NCBI GenBank assembly: GCA_937900325.1
Contig: CALCEX010000216.1
Location: 1,920-65,919, forward strand
Direction of reading: 5' to 3'
Length of the DNA: 64,000 bases
From: an uncultured Clostridia bacterium
Lineage (GTDB): Bacteria > Bacillota > Clostridia > Christensenellales > CAG-138
In this document: in pieces, positions 27,153 to 35,142 of the stretch
Layout: each line of letters starts with the position of its first letter
Position numbering within the stretch: position 1 is the stretch's first letter
Notes under the pieces: model-generated
Told to the model about the DNA's origin: nothing
The model's database searches: none
The model's input: only the letters and a program-made list of their open reading frames with translations
Made by a program: the position numbers and the translations under genes

Positions 27153-28103
27153 ATGAAGGAAATACCAGTATATATGTTCACCGGCTTCCTGGAGGGGGGC
27201 AAGACCCGCTTCATGCAGGAAACGCTGGAGGACGAAAGGTTCAATTCCGGCGAAAGGACGCTGCTTTTGCAGTGCGAGGAGGGCATTGAGGAGCTGGACC
27301 CCTCAAGGTTCCCCGGCGGGGGGAAGAACATACTGATCGAGGAGATAGCTTCCCCGGAGCAGATAAACGCCGTATATCTTGAAGGGCTTGCGAAAAAGGC
27401 GAAGGCCGAGCGGGTGCTCATAGAGTACAACGGCATGTGGAACCTGACCGACCTCGCTAAGGCCATGCCGGAAAACTGGATAGTATATCAGGAATTCATG
27501 TTTGCCGACGCGCGGTGCTTCCTCAGCTACAACGCCAACATGAGGAGCCTTATGGTGGACAAGCTGATGACGGCCGAGCTGATAGTGCTCAACCGCGCCA
27601 CGCCGGAGCTGGATAAGGCGGAGATACATAAGGTGATACGCGGCGTGTCCCGCCGGGTGAATATCGCATACGAGTATCCTGACGGCAGGGTGGAATACGA
27701 TGAAACGGAGGATCCCCTGCCCTTTGATGTGAACGCCGACCCGATAGTGATAGAGGACGGCGACTATGCCCTCTGGTACCGGGATATGTCCGAGGAGATG
27801 GATAAGTATGCGGGCAAGACGGTGCGCTTCAAGGCGCTCATAGCCAAGAACGCCAAAATGCCCGACAATATGTTCATAGCGGGCCGCCATATCATGACCT
27901 GCTGCGTGCAGGATATACAATACAGCGGCCTCGTATGCAAATGGCTGGGGGCGGGAAAGCTGAAGAACCGCACCTGGGGAACGGTGACCGCGAAAATAGA
28001 GCTGCGCTTCAGCAAATTTTACGGGCGCAAGGGCCCGGTGCTCAACGTGATCTCCGTTGAGCCCGCCGAAAAGCCCGAGCAGGAGGTCGCGACGTTTTAT
28101 TAA
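27153..28103 (+). CDS. G3E-like P-loop protein lacking CxCC, with a Cys-rich C-terminal domain
   Basis: MKEIPVYMFTGFLEGGKTRF (GxxxxGKT intact), no CxCC, C-terminal HIMTCCVQDIQYSGLVCKW. Start chosen at 27153 rather than 27102. Confidence 0.6.
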   Translation: MKEIPVYMFTGFLEGGKTRFMQETLEDERFNSGERTLLLQCEEGIEELDPSRFPGGGKNILIEEIASPEQINAVYLEGLAKKAKAERVLIEYNGMWNLTDLAKAMPENWIVYQEFMFADARCFLSYNANMRSLMVDKLMTAELIVLNRATPELDKAEIHKVIRGVSRRVNIAYEYPDGRVEYDETEDPLPFDVNADPIVIEDGDYALWYRDMSEEMDKYAGKTVRFKALIAKNAKMPDNMFIAGRHIMTCCVQDIQYSGLVCKWLGAGKLKNRTWGTVTAKIELRFSKFYGRKGPVLNVISVEPAEKPEQEVATFY

Positions 28104-28109
28104 AAAAAA

Positions 28110-28127
28110 CAGCCGCAGGAGCGGCTG
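28110..28127 (-). terminator. intrinsic terminator after bioY
   Basis: The minus strand reads CAGCCGC-tcct-GCGGCTG followed by T8. Confidence 0.55.
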
Positions 28128-28129
28128 AG

Positions 28130-28161
28130 ATATCCCACGGAAAGGCCGTGGGATATTTTTT
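28130..28161 (+). terminator. intrinsic terminator after the G3E pair
   Basis: ATATCCCACGG-aaagg-CCGTGGGATAT followed by TTTTTTATTTT. Confidence 0.65.
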
Positions 28162-28684
28162 ATTTTCCGTATTTTTCCAGCCTTTTCCCCGCCCAGAGGG
28201 CAAGGGCGAGCTTGGCGAGATCGGGTATGATGAAGGGGAATACGCACTTGATAAGCGCGGCGATAAGCGTTATCGGGCCCTTCGTGTCGCCATAGACCTT
28301 TACGAACCAGAGGGTGCCGAAGGCATAGCACGCAAGGAGGCCGAGAAACAGCGCCAATGCCCGGGTAAAAAGCCCCGCCCTGTTCCGGCAGAGCAGGCCG
28401 AATATGGGGCATAGGAGCAGAAAGCCGACTATATAGCCGCCGGTGGGGCCGAGAAGCGCCCCGACGCCGCCATTGAAGCCGGAAAACACCGGCGCTCCCA
28501 TCGCGCCAAGCAGTATGTAGAGCGCTATCGCCATGGCCCCATCCGCCGCGCCCAGCAGCAGCAGCGTAAGAAAAACGCCGAAGGTCTGCATGGTAAAAGG
28601 GGGCTGCGTGGGTATGGAGAGCCATGCGCAGGGCGCAAGGAGCGCCGCGCAGAGGGCGATGCGAGTCATGCGTTTTGCCGTCAT
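28160..28684 (-). CDS. bioY: biotin transporter S-component
   Basis: PFTMQTFGVFLTLLLLG...GGVGALLGPTGGYIVGF is typical of BioY; 174 aa; 6 TM segments. Confidence 0.8.
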   Translation of the reverse strand: MTAKRMTRIALCAALLAPCAWLSIPTQPPFTMQTFGVFLTLLLLGAADGAMAIALYILLGAMGAPVFSGFNGGVGALLGPTGGYIVGFLLLCPIFGLLCRNRAGLFTRALALFLGLLACYAFGTLWFVKVYGDTKGPITLIAALIKCVFPFIIPDLAKLALALWAGKRLEKYGK

Positions 28685-28689
28685 AGGTA

Positions 28690-29178
28690 TTATGTCCTCC
28701 TGAGTTTCAGTTTTAAAGAGATCAGCCGTATCAGCTCATCCGCGCCGCCGCAGAACAGCTCCCCCGCGCTTTCATAGAGCCGCCGCCGCCGCGCGAATAT
28801 CTCATGGAGCCTGTCCGCCCCGCCAGAAAGGAGCGGCCGGCCGGTTATGTCTATATCCGCCATAGTCTCCTCGATATCGCGGAATACCCATATCACATCG
28901 CCGGTGCGGCGCATGAAGCGTATGTTTTCATCCCGGCACACTATGCCGCCGCCGGTGGAGACTATGCCGCAGGGCTCGTTTTCGAGGGAAAACAGCGCCC
29001 TCTGCTCCGCGTCTCTGAAATAAGCCTCGCCGCGCTCCCGAAAGATCGCGGGTATGCTCATGCCCAGCGCGCGCTCAACGAGCTTATCGGTATCGTAAAA
29101 CGGCAGCTTCAGCGCCTCCGCCGCGGCGCGCCCATTGGTGGTCTTGCCGCAGCCCATCATGCCGACGAGGTATATCAT
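28690..29178 (-). CDS. aroK: shikimate kinase
   Basis: MIYLVGMMGCGKTT P-loop, STGGG motif. Start at 29178 overlaps the aroC stop (ATGA). The longer Arg-rich ORF-track extension was rejected. Confidence 0.85.
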   Translation of the reverse strand: MIYLVGMMGCGKTTNGRAAAEALKLPFYDTDKLVERALGMSIPAIFRERGEAYFRDAEQRALFSLENEPCGIVSTGGGIVCRDENIRFMRRTGDVIWVFRDIEETMADIDITGRPLLSGGADRLHEIFARRRRLYESAGELFCGGADELIRLISLKLKLRRT

Positions 29179-30239
29179 AGCCCCTCCGCGCAGTCGAGTA
29201 TCCCAAGGCACAGCGCCGCCTCCGCCGCGGCGAGCCCCCGTATGGCTATGCAGCTGTCGTGCCTGCCAGCCGAGGTTATCACCGCGTTCCGCCCTTCCTT
29301 GAGGTTTACGGTGTGCTGGGGGAGCGCTATGGAGGGGGTGGGCCGGAAGGCCGCCCTCATGATGACCGGCGCGCCGTTTGCCATGCCGCCGTTTATGCCG
29401 CCGGAATTGTTGCTCTCGAAGGCTATTCTGCCGCCCTCTGTCCTTAGCCCGTCGTTGGCGGCGCTGCCCTGCATACCGGCAAGATCGAAGCCCGCGCCGA
29501 ACTCCACGCCCTTTACCCCGGGAACGGCGTACATTATGGAGGCTATGGAGCTTTCCAGCCCCTCCCAGAGGGGGCCGCCCATGCCCACGGGCAGGCCCAG
29601 CGCGCAAAGCTCCACGCTGCCGCCCACGGAATCGCCCCGCTCCGCCGCCTCGCCTATCCTTTTCTCCATTGCGCCGCGGACATCCTCATTCAGCACCGGG
29701 AAGCCGGAGCCTCTCAGCTTTTCCAGAGTATATACGTCCACTCCCAGCGGATCGAAGGGAGAGTCCCATACCCCGCCTATCTCGCGGTAATGCCCGCCTA
29801 CGGTAATACCCCTTTGCAGCAGAAGCTGCCGCGCCACAGCCCCCGCGAACACCAGAGGGAGCGTCATGCGGCCGGAGAATATGCCGCCGCCGGGCGGTAT
29901 GCTGCCGTATTTTACATACGCGGGATAGTCGCAATGGGAGGGGCGCGGCATAAAAGCCGTCCTTTCGTAGTCCCTTGGATCGACGTCGGAATTTTCAAAT
30001 TCCACGCGGAGGGTATCCCCCGTGGTCACGCCGTCCGATACGCCGGAAAGGTATACCGGCGCATCCTTTTCCGCGCGGGAGGTAACGCCCGCTCCGCTTC
30101 CTCCCCTGCGCCTTTCTATATCGCGGTAAATGATCTCATCGTCAAGCCTCAGCCCCTTAGGCAGCTCCATGGCGAGCCCAATACGCTTTTCGTGCGAGCC
30201 GCCGTAGATATTCAGCCTCATGCTCCCCCATGGCTTCAT
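29175..30239 (-). CDS. aroC: chorismate synthase
   Basis: GGSHEKRIG..., RPSHCDYPAYVKYG, GGRHDSCIAIRG. An alternative start at 30221 is possible. Confidence 0.9.
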   Translation of the reverse strand: MKPWGSMRLNIYGGSHEKRIGLAMELPKGLRLDDEIIYRDIERRRGGSGAGVTSRAEKDAPVYLSGVSDGVTTGDTLRVEFENSDVDPRDYERTAFMPRPSHCDYPAYVKYGSIPPGGGIFSGRMTLPLVFAGAVARQLLLQRGITVGGHYREIGGVWDSPFDPLGVDVYTLEKLRGSGFPVLNEDVRGAMEKRIGEAAERGDSVGGSVELCALGLPVGMGGPLWEGLESSIASIMYAVPGVKGVEFGAGFDLAGMQGSAANDGLRTEGGRIAFESNNSGGINGGMANGAPVIMRAAFRPTPSIALPQHTVNLKEGRNAVITSAGRHDSCIAIRGLAAAEAALCLGILDCAEGL

Positions 30240-31474
30240 TCTATCCTGCCTCCCAGCCTCATGTATTCATCGAAAAACCCCGGCGCGGATTTTTTTACGC
30301 ATTCCGCGCCCTCGAGCTCTATGCCGCCGCAAAGCCCCGCCGCCATTATCAGAAGCATGGCTACGCGGTGGTCGTTATGGCAGAGGCATTCCGCATCGTG
30401 CAGCACTCTTCCGCCCTCTATCTCAAAGCCGTCCGGCGTTTCGGATATATCCGCGCCGAGCCTTTTAAGCTCGGCCGCTATGGCGCTTATCCTGTCGCAC
30501 TCCTTAAAGCGCAGCCGCGCGCCGTTTCTGACCGCCGTGCGGCCCTTTGCCGCCAGCGCCGCGAGGGCTATGGCGGGGGCGAGATCCGGCGTATCGGATA
30601 CGTCTGTTTCCACGCCGCGAAGCCTGCCGGGGGATACCGTGACTCCGCCGCCGCGTATACATACCCCGGCCCCCATGCGCCTGAGTATATCCAGCATCGC
30701 CCTGTCGCCCTGCATGGAATCGGGGTTCAGGCCGGTGACGGTCACCGGGCCGTATACCGCCCCCGCCGCAAAAAACAGCGAGGCGTGGGTATAGTCCCCC
30801 TCGACGGCAACGTCCGCCGCCCTGAGCCGCCTGGGCTTCACGAGTATGGTATCCCCGCCTTCCCAGAGGGTCTCCCCGCCGAAGGCGGAGAGGGCGGATC
30901 GTGTCAGCTCGACATAGCCTCTGCTTTGGAGCGGAGAGGTGAGCAATATGCGGCTTTCTCCATCGAGAAGCGTCAGCGCCAGCATAAGCCCGCTTATATA
31001 TTGTGAGGAAACGTCTCCGCGTATGGGAAAATCCCCGGGGCAAAAGCGCCCCGAAACGCCTGTCATATCCGCCGCCGCGCCCCTGCTTTTCAGCAGCGAT
31101 ATGACCGGCCCCATGGGCCTTTTACGGAGCGACGGGGAAAGGGCGAATTCCGCCTTATCGGCAATAAGGGGAGCGACGGGGTAAAGCAGCCTGTACGTCG
31201 TGCCGGAATCCCGGCAGTCAAGGCGGAGAAGGCCGGGATATGAGTCCGCGCCGGTTATCTCCAGCGCGCCGCCCCTGAATTCCGCCCTTGCGCCCATTGC
31301 GCGTACGCAGCCGAGCGTGGCGGAAAGATCCTCCGGCAGGGCGGCTTCCTCCGGCAGGCCCCGTATGACGCTTTTCCCCTGGGCGAGGGCGGCGCATATC
31401 ATGTATCTGTGGGCCATGCTCTTTGAGGGTATGGCCGCAACCGAGCCTGCGAGCCGCCCGCAAAACCGCATCAT
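30236..31474 (-). CDS. aroA: 3-phosphoshikimate 1-carboxyvinyltransferase (EPSP synthase)
   Basis: IPSKSMAHRYMICAALA, RPMGPVISLL, ECDRISA. Start set at 31474 (ATGA overlap with the aroB stop). Confidence 0.9.
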   Translation of the reverse strand: MMRFCGRLAGSVAAIPSKSMAHRYMICAALAQGKSVIRGLPEEAALPEDLSATLGCVRAMGARAEFRGGALEITGADSYPGLLRLDCRDSGTTYRLLYPVAPLIADKAEFALSPSLRKRPMGPVISLLKSRGAAADMTGVSGRFCPGDFPIRGDVSSQYISGLMLALTLLDGESRILLTSPLQSRGYVELTRSALSAFGGETLWEGGDTILVKPRRLRAADVAVEGDYTHASLFFAAGAVYGPVTVTGLNPDSMQGDRAMLDILRRMGAGVCIRGGGVTVSPGRLRGVETDVSDTPDLAPAIALAALAAKGRTAVRNGARLRFKECDRISAIAAELKRLGADISETPDGFEIEGGRVLHDAECLCHNDHRVAMLLIMAAGLCGGIELEGAECVKKSAPGFFDEYMRLGGRIE

Positions 31475-32499
31475 CGGCAAAGGCCCAGCGCCCTGTCGCA
31501 AAGCTCCCCTATGGGCATTGCGGCAACGGCGGCCTGTCCTATCCTTTTGAGGAAAACGGCGTTGACGGTCTCGCCGTCCCCCTTTTTATCCATAAGCATC
31601 GCGGCGCGGAAGGCATCCCTGTCCACATTTTCCATCTGGGTGGGCAGCCCCGCGGCGCAAAGGGCGGATATGAGCCGCTCCGCCGTGCCGGGCTCCGTCA
31701 GCCCCATATCCTGGCCTATTCTTGCCATGGCCGCCATTCCCATGGATACGCCGAAGCCGTGCAGCAGCGCAAAGCCGCTTGCCCGCTCCAACGCGTGGCC
31801 TATGGTGTGGCCGAAATTCAGCTCCCGGCGAATGCCAGTATCCCGGGGATCGGCCTGAACGTAGCCCGCCTTTATCATGGCTGTCCGGTATACCGTATGG
31901 GCAAGGTCGCCATCCCCCGCGCTGAGGTCGCCCGAGGATATGGCGCCGCACTTTATTACCTCCGCCATGCCGGAGGAAAGGTGCTCTTTGGGCAGCGTGG
32001 AGAGGAGGGCGGTATCCGTGACCACCAGCACGGGCTGATAGAACGCGCCTATGAGGTTCTTGCCCCGGGGGTGGTCTATTGCCACCTTGCCGCCGATGGA
32101 GGAATCCGCCTGGGCAAGCAGCGTGGTGGGGCAGTGTACGAGGGGCACGCCCCGCCTGTATGTGGCCGCGGCAAAGCCCGCGGCGTCCCCTACCGTGCCG
32201 CCGCCGAAGGCTATCACGGCGTCCGATGGGCCTATGAGGCTGTCCGCAAGGCCGGAGTATATGTCAAAAAGCCTGTCGCGGCTCTTTATTTCCTCGCCCG
32301 GGGGCAGTATTATGCTTGACGCCCTTACCTTTGCCCGCTCCAGCGCCGCCATAAGGGTATCGAGATGCAGCTTCGCCACGGTCTCGTCCGTTACCACCGC
32401 CGCATTGCGGAAGCCGGTGAAAAGGCCTTCTTCCTTTATCATGCCGGGGCCTATCTGTACGCTGTACTCCCGGTTGTCCGCGTTTACCGAAATTCTCAT
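31471..32499 (-). CDS. aroB: 3-dehydroquinate synthase
   Basis: GGGTVGDAAGFAAATYRRG, LNFGHTIGHALE. Start at MRISVN (32499). Confidence 0.9.
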   Translation of the reverse strand: MRISVNADNREYSVQIGPGMIKEEGLFTGFRNAAVVTDETVAKLHLDTLMAALERAKVRASSIILPPGEEIKSRDRLFDIYSGLADSLIGPSDAVIAFGGGTVGDAAGFAAATYRRGVPLVHCPTTLLAQADSSIGGKVAIDHPRGKNLIGAFYQPVLVVTDTALLSTLPKEHLSSGMAEVIKCGAISSGDLSAGDGDLAHTVYRTAMIKAGYVQADPRDTGIRRELNFGHTIGHALERASGFALLHGFGVSMGMAAMARIGQDMGLTEPGTAERLISALCAAGLPTQMENVDRDAFRAAMLMDKKGDGETVNAVFLKRIGQAAVAAMPIGELCDRALGLCR

Positions 32500-32653
32500 A
32501 TAAAAAAATCGCTCCGTAAGTCGTTTATCGCAAAATTCCTTCACTATACATAATACCACATATCCGCCCCAATATCATCATAGCATCTGGAAAAAAAGCG
32601 CGGCGTAGTGTAAACTGATGGTAAATGAAAAAAGGCGATGGGAGGCTTAGAAT

Positions 32654-34396
32654 ATGCTGGAAAAGCTCAGGCGGGCCATGGAGGCCGCCGGTATGGATAT
32701 GCTGCTGATACCCTCGGCAGACCCTCACGGTTCGGAGTACCCGGAGGAATACTTCAAGGCGCGCAAGCACTTTTCGGGCTTTACGGGCAGCGCCGGAACC
32801 CTGCTCATATGGCGGGAGGGCGCGGGGCTCTGGACGGACGGAAGGTATTTCCTTCAGGCGGAGAGGCAGCTTGAGGGCAGCGGCATAGACCTTTTCAAGA
32901 TGCGGGAGCCCAACGTTCCCACGGTGAATGAGTTCATAGCGGAAAGCATAAAGGGCGGCGTACTGGGCGCAGACCTTCGCACCATATCCGCCCATGAGGG
33001 CATTGAGCTGGAAAAAAGCGGCGTAAAGCTCAGGGACTGCCCCGGGATAATAGACGATAACTGGGAGGGAAGGCCCGCGCTTTCGGAGGAGCCGGCCTAC
33101 GCGCTGCCCATGGAGCTTGCGGGGGTATCCGCAAAGGACAAGCTCGCGGCCGTCCGCGCCGAGATGGAAAAGCAAAATGCAAAGGCGTGCATATTTACCG
33201 ATCTTTCGGATATAGCGTGGCTGTTCAATATAAGGGGCAACGACGTAAAGTACCTGCCCGTGGCGCTCTCCTATGCGATAGTTGAAAAGCATAAGGCGTA
33301 TCTGTTCATGGACGCGAAAAAGGCCGCCCCCATAGCGGCGCACCTTAAAGCCCTGGATACCGGGATACTGCCTTATAACGCCATATATGAGTTCACGCTC
33401 CGCTACGGGGAGCAGGATACCCTGATGTGCGCGCTGTCCGTATTGAACTATAAGCTGTACAAGGGCATAGCGCGGTGCAATGTGGTGGACACCGACCCGG
33501 TGCAGCTGATGAAGGCCGTAAAGAATCCTGTGGAGCTTGAGAACTTCCGCAGGACCCACATAAAGGACGGCGTCGCCGTCACCCGCTTCATGCGCTGGGC
33601 CAAGACCCACGCGCGGGAGGGATACACCGAAATGCAGGCCGCCGATGCCCTCGAGGGCTTCCGCAAAGAGCAGGAGGGGTATATGTACCCCAGCTTTGAG
33701 ACCATCGCGGGCTACGGCCCCCACGGAGCAATAGTACACTATTCGGCCACCCCGGAGACGGATATACCGGTAAAGCCGGAGGGGCTGCTGCTGGTGGATT
33801 CCGGCGGGCAGTACATGGGCGGCACTACCGACATAACCCGCACCATAGCGCTGGGGCCGGTAACAAAAGAAGAAAAGCGGGCCTTTACCATAGTCCTTGA
33901 AAGCATGCTCGCGCTGCTCACCTTCAGGTTCCCCAGGGGCTGCGCGGGGTTCAATCTGGACGTTATAGCCCGCGCCCCCTTCTGGCGCAGGGGCATGGAC
34001 TACAACCACGGCACGGGCCACGGCGTAGGCTATATGCTCTCGGTGCATGAGGGCCCAAACGGCATACGCTGGCAGCGCAGGGCAAAGGCCGAGGACGCGG
34101 AGTTCGCCCCCGGCATGATAACCTCGGACGAGCCGGGCATATACATCGAGGGCAAATACGGCGTCCGCCATGAGAACCTGACGGAATGCGCGGAAACGGA
34201 GCCCGGCTCAAGGTATCTCGAGTTCAGGCCCATAACCTTCGCGCCCATAGACCTTGACGCCGTAGATGAGGAGACGCTCAGCGAAGCGGCAAGGCGGCGG
34301 CTCAACGCCTACCATAAGGAGGTATACGAAAAGCTCGCCCCCCATATGAGGGAGGAGGAGCTTGCGTGGCTGAAGGAATATACGAGGGAAATATAG
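32654..34396 (+). CDS. aminopeptidase P-family (M24B) Xaa-Pro aminopeptidase
   Basis: Two creatinase-like N-domains, HGTGHGVG, SDEPGIY, RHENL; 580 aa. Confidence 0.85.
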   Translation: MLEKLRRAMEAAGMDMLLIPSADPHGSEYPEEYFKARKHFSGFTGSAGTLLIWREGAGLWTDGRYFLQAERQLEGSGIDLFKMREPNVPTVNEFIAESIKGGVLGADLRTISAHEGIELEKSGVKLRDCPGIIDDNWEGRPALSEEPAYALPMELAGVSAKDKLAAVRAEMEKQNAKACIFTDLSDIAWLFNIRGNDVKYLPVALSYAIVEKHKAYLFMDAKKAAPIAAHLKALDTGILPYNAIYEFTLRYGEQDTLMCALSVLNYKLYKGIARCNVVDTDPVQLMKAVKNPVELENFRRTHIKDGVAVTRFMRWAKTHAREGYTEMQAADALEGFRKEQEGYMYPSFETIAGYGPHGAIVHYSATPETDIPVKPEGLLLVDSGGQYMGGTTDITRTIALGPVTKEEKRAFTIVLESMLALLTFRFPRGCAGFNLDVIARAPFWRRGMDYNHGTGHGVGYMLSVHEGPNGIRWQRRAKAEDAEFAPGMITSDEPGIYIEGKYGVRHENLTECAETEPGSRYLEFRPITFAPIDLDAVDEETLSEAARRRLNAYHKEVYEKLAPHMREEELAWLKEYTREI

Positions 34397-34397
34397 C

Positions 34398-35138
34398 GTG
34401 AAGCAAAACGGGCCGGATAAAAAGCTGTTTTACAGATGGGGCGAGGCGGCGTTCGCGCTGGGCACCTTCTTCATAGCCCTGGGGGTTTCGCTTATGGAAA
34501 AGGGCGGCCTCGGTATGTCGATGGTGACGTCCCAATCCTATATAATATCTCTGGCCGCGCCGTTTCTGACCTTCGGCATGGCGGACTATATGCTCCAGGG
34601 GCTGCTGCTCATAGGGTATTATATCATAGTCCGCAGGTTCGACTGGAGAAATATGCTCTCCTTTGCCTCCGCCGTTATCTTCGGCGTGGCGCTCGACGGC
34701 ATAATGTGGGCGCTGCGGGATATTCAGGCGGCGAGCCTTGCGCAGCGCATACTCCTTTTCGCCATCGGCATGCTGTTCAACTCGCTGGGCGTGGCCTTCT
34801 TTTTCCAGACCTATCTGCCGCTTCAGGTGTACGAGCTGTTCGTGACCGGCATAGTGGAGCGCACCGGCTGGAGGCTGCACAGGGTAAAGACGGGCTTCGA
34901 CCTGGGCTGCTGCCTGTCCTCCGTAATACTTTCCCTGATATTCTTCGGCAGGCTCAGGGCAATAGGCGTGGGGACGGTGGTATGCGCGCTGTTTTCCGGC
35001 ACTCTCATAGGCCTTTATACAAAGGCGATGCAAAGATACATAGACTTTTCGCCCGCCTGCCCGAAGCTTTACGCCTTCTTCGGGAAGGGCGCGGGGGAGC
35101 GGGCGCGGCAAAACGACATTCAAACCTTGGAGGAATAA
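34398..35138 (+). CDS. membrane protein (YczE/YitT-like, DUF6198-type)
   Basis: GTG start 1 nt after the pepP-like stop; 6 TM segments. The family assignment is recalled only. Confidence 0.55.
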   Translation: MKQNGPDKKLFYRWGEAAFALGTFFIALGVSLMEKGGLGMSMVTSQSYIISLAAPFLTFGMADYMLQGLLLIGYYIIVRRFDWRNMLSFASAVIFGVALDGIMWALRDIQAASLAQRILLFAIGMLFNSLGVAFFFQTYLPLQVYELFVTGIVERTGWRLHRVKTGFDLGCCLSSVILSLIFFGRLRAIGVGTVVCALFSGTLIGLYTKAMQRYIDFSPACPKLYAFFGKGAGERARQNDIQTLEE

Positions 35139-35142
35139 GCAA

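Noticed and set aside
28690-29607. A 305-aa ORF with an Arg-rich N-terminal extension upstream of the shikimate kinase domain.
   Set aside because: The extension overlaps aroC in another frame and is low-complexity. The kinase P-loop starts right after the Met at 29178, which overlaps the aroC stop.
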